Below are positions 1-9,691 of a stretch of DNA of 64,000 nt, piece by piece; position 1 is the stretch's first letter; every line of letters begins with the position of its first letter. The translations under genes and the position numbers were made by a program. The stretch is from Fimbriosthenelais zetlandica. Its lineage: Eukaryota. The notes beneath the pieces were generated by a model that had not been told where the DNA came from, did no database searches, and was given only the letters and a program-made list of their open reading frames with translations. The stretch is from the NCBI GenBank assembly GCA_977030845.1, contig OZ365114.1:26536001-26600000 (forward strand), read 5' to 3'.

Positions 1-279
1 AACAAACTCTAGCCTTCCATTGGACAATATGAAATGAACATTGTTGATCTATCTCCCATATTGCCAGGAATGAATCGATTATGTTTCATTTCAAGCAACC
101 AGGACTTTTAAGACAGCATGGGGCCACAGGAACTGTGAAAAGAATTTGCAAACTTGATGCAATTAACATGCATTTTAACATGACGATCCCGCACACCTGC
201 CACCACCCATCAACAAATATTTTCATGAAGAAAATATGTTATAATTTCATTCCATCACTCATAATCCAAATGACAATAA

Positions 280-810
280 TTTTTTTTTGTATGTGGAAAT
301 GTATAGATTCTACCGAAACAAACTAATCCAAATAAAAGTATTAAACCACAGGCTAAACTGCCTCAGCTTCGAGTACAGAAATTCATCAATTAATCAAGAT
401 GATTTTCATAATACTGGTAAATTATTTGAAAATAAGGTAAATTAAAGAATGTGTACTCCTTTTGATCACCGTGAAAAGGAATTTTGATATATTCCTGTTC
501 AATGATATAATAAATATTACTAAAGCAATCTTCATCTCTTTCATCTTTTTTTTTGTATGTGGAAATGTATAGATTCTACCGAAACAAACTAATCCAAATA
601 AAAGTATTAAACCACAGGCTAAACTGCCTCAGCTTCGAGTACAGAAATTCATCAATTAATCAAGATGATTTTCATAATACTGGTAAATTATTTGAAAATA
701 AGGTAAATTAAAGAATGTGTACTCCTTTTGATCACCGTGAAAAGGAATTTTGATATATTCCTGTTCAATGATATAATAAATATTACTAAAGCAATCTTCA
801 TCTCTTTCAT
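280..810. repeat. Perfect tandem duplication: 265 bp x2 (280-544 and 546-810) separated by one C
   Basis: Base-by-base comparison shows both copies identical from TTTTTTTTTGTATGTGGAAATG to CTTCATCTCTTTCAT, period 266. The junction base C545 matches neither flank (A279, A811). Confidence 0.97.
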
Positions 811-1028
811 ATGCCAGATGTAGATATTAAAACTAAACTACAACTTATATAACTGAAAGGGTAGATGTGTCAAAATGATGGTCAGAAATGAATTGAATGA
901 TTTGCCCAAATTAAAAGCAGATGTAGAAGACATTCTAGTCGGTAGATGGAGTGATTGGTACACAGGTGAACGGGACCTAATGACATCACAGGACATGTTC
1001 TGTTACCGATCTTAACTTGATTAAGGCA

Positions 1029-1540
1029 TAGGTGCTGTAACCTCAGCAAGTTCCTCTGGAACTTACTGTTTTAGAGAGCAAACGAGCTGTGATACCCGTA
1101 AATAGCCATAACACAATGATTTCATCCATGTCATCCAACTTACAGACTAGTGCCATTCTGAGCACAATCATATATTTTGAAGAACCTTTCACAAAAACAT
1201 GTGTTGCACCCCAAATAATTATATTTTGCACCCAATAGTTTCTCTTTATCATCAGCTCGTTATAAGCCTTTTTTTCTGAAAATACAGGGCCAACAAGGAT
1301 GATTGGGATGGGAGGAATAGGCGAACAAAGTTTGACCACAGCGCATCGCTGCGCGCACACCACTGACTTCAGCATGGACTGAATACCACTCATCTTTGGA
1401 GAAAAATTGGGATAAAAAGGATCAAAACCAAAGCAGTATATATATATATGCACCATGCTAGTTAACTGTCAATAAGACTATGAACAAATAATTAATGAAT
1501 TAAACTGGAGAGCGCATGCGCTAGGATGTTACAGCACCTA
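1029..1540. mobile_element. Possible ~510-bp non-autonomous DNA element bounded by 13-bp inverted repeats with TA ends
   Basis: TAGGTGCTGTAAC (1029-1041) and its exact reverse complement GTTACAGCACCTA (1528-1540). Only one copy seen, and a 13-bp inverted match at this distance can be chance. Confidence 0.25.
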
Positions 1541-1553
1541 CACCAGCGGAAGT
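1512..1553. promoter_or_regulatory. CpG-rich motif cluster: NRF1-type palindrome plus ETS-type site
   Basis: GCGCATGCGC at 1512-1521 and GCGGAAGT at 1546-1553, in a locally CpG-rich patch. Confidence 0.45.
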
Positions 1554-1780
1554 ATGGAGTCGGCGCGGGGAGAAATAGTGGATGGGGGATGAAAGGAACC
1601 AAGAAAAATGACTAAAATAAAAAGCAGTGACGCTGTCGCAATGACACATAGAGCAGTTATGGTGATGCCATCTTAATGGTTTATTGTAGAACACACAACT
1701 TTTATTTATTGGTGAGAAGGGGCAACAAGCGCAAGCGGGAATCCGCAGTAGGAATCCTTGCGGACCGGGGCCAGTCTTAC

Positions 1781-1836
1781 CAATTGGAGGCGGACGTCTT
1801 TCATACTTTCGTAATAGCTTCCTCATGACCACTTTT
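1781..1836 (-). CDS. Candidate internal coding exon B (56 nt, phase 2 to 1): KVVMRKLLRKYERRPPPI
   Basis: Minus strand: TATTTCATTCTCTTCAG| acceptor, open frame, TTG|GTAAGA donor. Paralogous at codon level to the candidate exon at 2592-2665. Confidence 0.5.
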
Positions 1837-1917
1837 CTGAAGAGAATGAAATAGTTCATAAAGATAGTGCCAGGACACATACCATCGACTGACCAACCTG
1901 CTGCGATCTGCCAACAA

Positions 1918-1927
1918 CCGCCATTTT
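1918..1927 (-). promoter_or_regulatory. YY1-type motif overlapping a possible ATG (AAAATGGCGG on minus strand)
   Basis: CCGCCATTTT on the plus strand, with an ATG|GTATGT donor-like site about 40 nt downstream on minus. The reading frame does not splice in-frame to exon B. Confidence 0.3.
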
Positions 1928-2419
1928 GGTAGAAAATCCACAGCGATTACTTCAACCCCAATTTGTCTTTCTTCATTTCCTCTTTCCAAATTGCCGAGAG
2001 ATTATGTGGGTGTCCAGAGAGACTGCTTGAATGTGTTCCTGTACCCTTTAGAAGGTGTTGTGAATCCATTGGTTGGAGTACCCCATTCAAATAGCAGCTA
2101 ACTAAAGAGAACCTAGTCTCTGAGGTTATTCACACACATTGTTAATCTGACACATTCTTTAAGTTATCTGACTACAGGGCTGAGTTATTTCACCAAGATG
2201 GCATATGCTTGGATCACAACTAAATGGTCAGGGTCCAAGGTTATTGGGGATGGCAAAATCCAGTAGATGAAGGGCAGAATTTGTTTAGTGGGGAGTGCAA
2301 ACACATACTCCCCTCGTCCATATGGTGCAGTAAGTTGAAAATAAAACCAGAAACATAAAATTTGCATGTTAGATAGTAACAAACGCTAACTGGATTTTGC
2401 CAAGCCCTCCACATGAATG

Positions 2420-2461
2420 ACGCATGCGGAAGTCCCATGTTGGACATGATTGCGCATGCGT
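2420..2461. promoter_or_regulatory. Two NRF1-like palindromes with an overlapping ETS-type site
   Basis: ACGCATGCGGAAGT (2420-2433) and TGCGCATGCGT (2451-2461), arranged near-symmetrically around CATGTTGGACATG. Confidence 0.45.
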
Positions 2462-2591
2462 GGTTACAAGCCTGTAAAACGAATAGCCGCGTCGCGTCAC
2501 CGACAGACAGTCTGTCTGCCGGGGTGAGAGAGGTCAAAGTTGAAGGGACAGACTGCACCTGAACAATCTAGAGGAGGACAGGGTCATTTAC

Positions 2592-2665
2592 CTGGAGGCG
2601 GCTCAGATTTCTCGTAATTTCGAAGCAGTCTCAATGCGAGTCTTGATGCCGATTGGGGAGATCTG
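2592..2665 (-). CDS. Candidate internal coding exon A (74 nt, phase 2 to 1): RSPQSASRLALRLLRNYEKSEPPP
   Basis: Minus strand: TTATATTTATTCGCTACAG|CAG NAGNAG acceptor, open frame, CAG|GTAAAT donor. Paralogous to exon B at 1781-1836. Confidence 0.5.
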
Positions 2666-3201
2666 CTGTAGCGAATAAATATAAACCATCAAAACAAAAT
2701 GCTGGCGGGCAGGCCTCTAAATAATAGTCTTACTCTCACTAGCCTTTGCCCAAATGATAAAATCTTAATGTCTTTAAATCATATTCAGCTCAAGTTAAAT
2801 ATTTCATTTTTGAATGAAAGAAATTCAGTACTTGCTATAGATCAAATTTGTAAGTGTTAGTATACTCAGGCCAGAAAGTTTAAAGTGCTTTACTTCCAAA
2901 TATCATTAAAAAAATAAAATATAATAATTATGGTAATGGATATGATAAGGATAAATGAGATTTGTTTGGTTAGATTTGAATAATTTTGGAAATGATGAAG
3001 GTAAAAATATAAAATATACAATTAGTAAATATCTGAAAGTTAGGTTTATGATTATGTTCTTTTCTATCCAGAGAATGCGAATATCTCACTGCCCCTTCTG
3101 ATAAAGATGGTATTCTTCTAGAGCAGAATTATTTAAATTGCATACTCAACTTGTTAAAGTGACAATCCCCTGGGGGTTTGGCTTCACTTAATTAGTCTTA
3201 C

Positions 3202-3222
3202 CTCAATTAGTGATTTATATCC
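3202..3222 (-). CDS. Candidate 21-nt microexon (GYKSLIE, phase 0-0)
   Basis: Minus strand: GATTTTTTCCCAG|GGATATAAATCACTAATTGAG|GTAAGA. Length is 3n and only one of three frames is open. Confidence 0.3.
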
Positions 3223-6200
3223 CTGGGAAAAAATCATTCAGTTTCTCCAGGGTTTGACAGTTACTGGGTATTTTAGGATACCGCTATTAAAGGACCTGCC
3301 AGACTCCTATCAATTGCTGAGTTGACCTTTGAATTTGTAGGAAAACAGTGGCCTTCAACCTACCTCAAGTTATATTTTGAAACCTAATCAATTAGAACTG
3401 AATAATTTACACTAATCGATGAATCAAAAGGTTGAGGTTGAATTAGCTCAGGCTGCACTTTGTGCATGTGTGATTCATTCTTCATATCATAGGGTCCAGT
3501 TTCGAAAGTAAGAGCAAAGGTTGATTTGACCGTGCCCCTCCTGCGAGGCAGAAAATGTAACATTACAGTTCTCAATTCAGGCTGAGTAACTGGTCTATCA
3601 CTGGTTTGATTGAAAACATTTTTTTTCCTCCTAACTTAGTTATTTTAGAGTATTGATCACTCTTTAATCTAGAGGGTATTGAAGGATATATTGCCTCTCT
3701 AATAGACTATAAGTCAGGAATTTATTAAATTATCTGAGAGTAAATTTCGGTTGGCTAACTGTGTGCGGGGAGGGAATTGTTTGAAAGATTGTAGCACATA
3801 TCGTGCATAGGGGAGTTCAATAAGTTATACCAGGATGAAGGCACTTACTCCTCAAGGTCGTAAATAACAATCTAAACTCCCTCAAGATCTTCAGTGAAAA
3901 CTGCTCTTGACAAGCAAACTATATACCATAAGGGGGTTATTTATGTACGAGATTTATACTGATCCAGGTGGTGTCTGAGGTATCCAATAATCATTATACC
4001 ATTCTAATTGGAATAACTGATGAGGGGATATAAATTCCGAATTAAATTGACGTACACAATTTGAATGGTCTAAATTGAATTCTGTAATCAACTTCGGGGA
4101 CTTGGTATAGGCCTACTGTCCAAAGGAACAATGAACGAGACATCACAAAGAGGAGTCATGCATACTGTCCCAGTAATTATTAAGAGAATTTCACGTTGAT
4201 TCTTACTTCACAAAGGGAAACAGTCTCAGTCCAGTCCAAACAGTGATTACATTTCTCTTATTATCAGTATTCACTATCGAGTTCATTATCATTTACAGGA
4301 ACAATATTCACATGAATTATTATCCTATTATTGAATTACATCAATTATTCTGTTGCAAAGGCAGTGTTGCCTATCTATTTTAATTTTTTGTTTATTAAAT
4401 TAGGCCTGAGGATCGGTTATAAATCTACTTGTGTGTATAGGGATTTGTAATGTTTAACATTAGGGTTAGTGGAATGTGAGAGGAGATAGATACCCGGTCA
4501 AGTTTTTAGCAGATTGCCCTAGTATAAATCCTCGAAGAACGACCATAGCGAGTAGGAAGCTATCCAGTCCCAGGCGCATCTTTCCCCTCACACTGGTCCC
4601 CGCCCCAACCGGCATTGGCAGGAGGCAACGCCTGCAAGAGAGAAAAAATTACATTTTTTAATAAATTAATTAATTTGTAAGATTCAATCGGACATCCGAT
4701 GCCATCCAGGACAGTTGACCGAGGGTAAACGGACTAGTTTTTCGTTCTGTGTGTAAAAAGTACTTCAATAAAGCCAGTAGGTTTTGGCATTTCTGCATCA
4801 CCTGCGTCACTTGCAATCCTGCATGGCCTGAAAGGAAATTTAAAATTCTGAAACTTCTAGTTTGTGACAAACAAATCCTAATGAAATCAAACAAGCCTAC
4901 AGGGGTGATATACATGTCTTGAATGGAACCAAACACCTTCGTTTCATTGTAAATTCCTCTAAGCACCACTCAAAACATTCACTGATTGTTTTTCACAGTT
5001 TTAAAGGTAAAAGGTGACTCGCTACCTCACTCTAAATGTACCTGGAGTAATGGTGCACGTCAATGTCATGTTATTAGCACTAAAGCAGACCAATTAAGCT
5101 GATTAAATCCTCACTTCTTGGGATATCAATGCCTCAACAATCGTTTGATTCCCAATCAATACATCCAGCAAGCAATACTGCTTAGTGTACAACACTTGTA
5201 ATTTATTTTTCCCCAATGTATTTACCAAATTTAAGCTTAATCAGGTACTGTGGATGTTAAGAAGCTGGTTTTCTCACCCTGAGTACAAATATAATCCTGT
5301 ACTTTCATGTCATGATGAAGCATACCGTATAAATCCACTAATGATTAGTCCGATTAACATGACCCAAGAGGAGGATAATCCATATGTAGATTATCATTGT
5401 ACCATGTATACAGGCCTATATAGAGATGCACTAATCCAACATACGGCAGCCATGATCCATCATGCATGGCATGGCGAGGCACAGAACACCCTGAATACAG
5501 ACTGTTAAACAGTGCACCAAAACAAGCCATCATATCCACAAACCCTAATACCCATTGCACATGCGCCAGGGGAAGATGCAAGTGCTGACTTCCGGGATGG
5601 CTTGATGAGTCAAGGAGGAACATGATGGGTAAATAACATGTGGAAGGCAGGACTCTGAGGATTTACAGGGATCTGCATGGATCAGGATGCATCCGGATTG
5701 TATGAAAGGTTATGTATATATGTGCAGCTACCAAAGGATTATGCAAGCCTAAAAAGTCTGATAAATGTTTCACTTAAATATGCCACATTTTACTAATACT
5801 CCTGGAATAGTTTTAGGTGCTTGGAGGTAAAAACATAGGCAGCTGAATGTCAGATTAAAACAGTCAGAAATGAAGCTTAATATATATTGTCCGGTGAAGT
5901 ATCTAAATATGTGAATGTTCCTTATTTTGGTCTATAGGCATGATTAATTATCTGGCACAGAAGCAGTTTATTCCCCTGATTAAAGGATCCATTCCTTAAA
6001 TTAAAAACCATTTTCATCAGTCTTCGATTGTGTAGTTAGACATGAATATCGAGAGAAATGGAACGTTAAGATCAACATTATGGTAGTTATCATACATTAT
6101 ATCTATAGTTTATTTTAGATTTAGTGCGGCATTGGTGGCAGGATTAAGCAGATGGTTTGTCCCCACGCCCGGGGATTAGGTGTGTTTACTGGACTATGAC

Positions 6201-6230
6201 AAAACAATGACCATTATTCTGTACCGAAAC

Positions 6231-6352
6231 GGAGGAAAGGGCGACACATGGAGAGGGGAGAGGGAGGTGGGAGAGTTAGGGACAGATAATGATAGAGAAG
6301 ATGAGAGGGGAGAGGAGGGGGATAGAGGGAGAAGGTAAAGGACATGGAGAGA
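6231..6352. repeat. Purine-rich (GA/GGA) low-complexity tract, likely a decayed microsatellite
   Basis: Plus strand is almost exclusively G/A (GGAGAGGGGAGAGGGAGG...). This explains the Ser/Pro/Leu-rich ORFs listed at 6194-6471. Confidence 0.7.
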
Positions 6353-7794
6353 ATGCAGAAAACTGCACATAATTCCATGTGAAAGTTCACCAGCAGCCAT
6401 TGACCCACCTTACGAAAATCAACCAGAAAAACGTTGAACCACAAATGAGGCAGCGTAAAATGGGCGGGCATGGACCTGATTACTAATTTTATTATGCTCT
6501 TATGATCATGTTCTCTTTAGACCAATGTTCAACACACCAACAATCCATCTGGACAGGGCCGTTTTTGTTTTCTGGAGATGAGGTAGAAGTGATCTTCTGC
6601 GTGCAGGAGCGATTGTTTTAATGGTTAATGGTAATGGGTTATTATTCGGCTGAACAGAGAGGCATTACTGATGAGGCAAAACACTGATTGAGGCAATGAT
6701 CAGAACATGTACATGCTGCTGAGGCCAATTCCCCGAAATTCAGTGGCAAGAAATACAATTGGATTGGCAGGACATTTTTGGGCTGAATGCATTCTTTACG
6801 TCAATTCTCGAGGAAATATTCATTAGGACTTGTAGCGATAGTGATTCCTGCAGGAAGGAGTCCGTACACTTGACTTTATAGCTCAGTAAATTAAAGTGTT
6901 CTGGCTCTAATGACAAAGTAGCATTGATTTGCTCTATATGGGTTCTGTACTATTTTCAAAGGCAGTTCACTTTTATGCATTAATAGAAAAAGAATTGATA
7001 CGGAGATCATCAATGGTTACATATCTACCAAGCCCCCTCCTGTATGAGTGTAAAAACCCTCATAACATGGACTGACATAGGGATGGGGTTTGTAACTGTG
7101 ATATAATAAATGCACTTAGCTGATTCTAGATGCATTAGTCGGCTTTAAAAGTGCAATGTTACAAACATAACTTTTACATTAGTGAGGTGCAATGAGCATT
7201 GCATAGGCTTTAACGTTCAAATAGCCCGAACACAACAGAACAGCTATTCTGCTAAAAAAAACATCCAATAGCATCCAATACAATCTTTGCATGACAACTT
7301 ATCTGTATGAACTGATAACTTTTTTTAGATTGAGATCTATCCATTTTGAAGTGACTTATTTCAGGGTATGTCGGTTTTGCATGATGGCAAATGCTTTGAG
7401 AGGGAATTAAATGTTATCCACAATGTGATTGGTCGTAGGACCTCATTATTAGTTATTTTAAGACTCGGCTGTGCTTTTTTTTAAAATCTGACAAGGGTTG
7501 AAAAAATGTAATGACATTTTGATGGAATCCTCCCGGGGAAAATACCATTGACCCAAGCGTTTATACAATTGTTTGGATCGAAACACCCAATTAAGAACTA
7601 GTCCTCTGAGGCATTCATTGTATCATCGAAAATCAACTAAAGGTTGTGAAAATTAATTATTCAACCATTACAACATAGGCAGTTTTCAAAAGGATTTTCA
7701 ATGGATTTAAAACACATTGCAACCCTTTATAGGAAGTTCATGTTCCATTCAAGGAAAATTCTCCCTCCTTCCCAGCAGGCCGTCTGATGAATTG

Positions 7795-7965
7795 GCAGCC
7801 AATCAACTTTCAGATCAATCAAACCTCGCGATTTCTCGCTTCAAAGCTCAGTCTGACCCCTGGGGGACAACCTGTGACCTCACGTCAAATTCGAGAATGG
7901 CCGAGATGGCACGGTTCACTGAACCTAGTGGTGGGAGATCGCGTGAGTTGACGTCTTGGGGAGGC
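7795..7965. promoter_or_regulatory. CpG-rich patch with CCAAT box and TCGCG/CACGTCA motifs
   Basis: GCCAATC near 7798, CTCGCGATTTCTCGC, TCACGTCA, ATCGCGTGAG and TTGACGTC in a CpG-poor background. Confidence 0.35.
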
Positions 7966-9062
7966 TGAGATTTTACAGATCATCTTTCACGTTCAGAGGG
8001 AATAGATAGAGGGCTTCAAGGGGAAATAGGGAATATTTAATGATGTAATATAAATAGAAATAAATTGCTATGGTTCTGTGTGGTTTGTGATTCATTTGCT
8101 GTATTACTTTAATGAAAACAGGCAATTTCAGGAAGTAAGTTTATTATTTATCCTTCCGTTGTCATAAAAAGAATCGTGCAGGAATACATGTTCATAATGC
8201 ATTAATAATGACTGTAAAAAGTCTTGTGTATCTAATATTACTTTACTAGGAATTGGCAACTAAATATATATGTCCATGGATCAAAACTGACAGGTGCAGT
8301 TTAGTGTTGATGTGGGAAGTGATACAGAACCATTATATATAATGGAAACTTACGTCACAAGGCATAATAAATGTTAGATATGTACACATAAAAAAAACAT
8401 GAAGTACATTGAAAACGAAATGGACAAGTCAATGTATCCATTCATGTGTACATAGATAATCTATCTATGAAAATTTAATGTGGAAGGTAGAAAGACTAGT
8501 AACCTCTTCCATTATACATGTCTTTTTATGCATTATGTTTTTACAATCGGATTTACAACAGTCGACAGGATCCCGCTGTGAAATGCAGTTGTCTTTCACT
8601 TGGCATTGTCATGATAATGGATTTATCGGCCTTGTCGATAAGGCCTTGATAATGCTTCCTGGGTGGGAAAAAAGAAGGTAAAAAACAGTATTAAAGTTAA
8701 AAAGGGTTGAGGCTGGATTGGGAAGACGCGGGGAGCCTCTTTAGCCTAATGGATTAATCGTCTCTTCAGCTAGATTCAATATTGACTCTGGCACAAGTCA
8801 ATACAAGTCTGATCATACTGTATAACAAGGGCTTCCCCACGGATCCTTAAAACAAATCCCGCATTGTTTCCTTACCCTATTACATCCAGATCTTCTATTT
8901 TAGGACGTGGAGAGTGAATCATTAATAATTACTACATTTGATCCTAGCTCGCCATCTCAAAATATGAATTCTAAATTTAGCCAGCCTATGGGATAACCAA
9001 AATCTATAAATTCCCAGGGAGAATATTTCTTCATACATGGGCGTTTCTCATTACCCATTTAG

Positions 9063-9140
9063 AGAATCCTCTAAGTGGTGGTGTCCATCAACTGAGCATG
9101 CGCAGCACACATTATACTGAATCACTGCAAGAATCAGAAG
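9063..9140 (+). CDS. Candidate symmetric (1-1) exon, 78 nt: ENPLSGGVHQLSMRSTHYTESLQESE
   Basis: TTCTCATTACCCATTTAG| acceptor and open frame. It ends at AAG|GCAATG, which requires a non-canonical GC donor. Confidence 0.3.
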
Positions 9141-9369
9141 GCAATGATCCCTGGTGGGTATCCAACTAGTGTACCAGCTCATTAGAGATATCCACTAGAT
9201 ATCAACGACTTACAATTCTTGCAAAGTTTCATACCCATGTCCTCCAAACCTGACCACTGAAGTTAATGCCAGCCATATGGACTGGGTGGGGTGGGGGATG
9301 TCCACATTCCGTCAAGAGTGATCTCACTTGCTGACTTTTGCCTTGCGGCAACTTTTCATTTCCTTGCAG

Positions 9370-9441
9370 CAATTGATGCGCTTGCAGTTGATGGAATTGT
9401 AGACAATCTCAACTTGCAAGAATCACTGCAAGAATCACCAG
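9370..9441 (+). CDS. Candidate symmetric (1-1) exon, 72 nt: AIDALAVDGIVDNLNLQESLQESP
   Basis: ACTTTTCATTTCCTTGCAG| strong acceptor and open frame. It ends at CAG|GCAATT (GC donor), with an alternative CAG|GTACAC 17 nt further on. Confidence 0.35.
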
Positions 9442-9613
9442 GCAATTTTCCCCGGCAGGTACACAATTAGTGTACCAGGTCACTAGAGATTTCGACTTGA
9501 TCTTAATGGCTTGCAATTCTTGCAAAGTTTCAACAGAGAAGGGGTGGGGCAGGGGACAGATACCTGCTACCTGTATCGCAATTGCTTTCTTGCAATTCCT
9601 TTTTTGCTGGCAG

Positions 9614-9691
9614 CAATTGACGCACTTGCAGTTGATGGAATTATAGACTCAGTTAAGCTCAACTTGCAAGAATCACCACAAGGGTCAGAAG
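9614..9691 (+). CDS. Candidate symmetric (1-1) exon, 78 nt: AIDALAVDGIIDSVKLNLQESPQGSE
   Basis: TTGCAATTCCTTTTTTGCTGGCAG| acceptor, open frame and a 6-nt in-frame indel versus the previous unit. It ends at AAG|GCAATG (GC donor). Confidence 0.35.

Noticed and set aside
8119-8141. TTTCAG|GAA|GTAAGT as a 3-nt microexon
   Set aside because: The upstream region is purine-rich with an intervening AG and lacks a pyrimidine tract or branch point.
8790-8950. SDHTV*QGLPHGS translation resembling the LINE RT GVPQGS motif
   Set aside because: It has an in-frame stop, lacks the following SP/GP.LF and YADD motifs, and cannot be distinguished from chance by eye.
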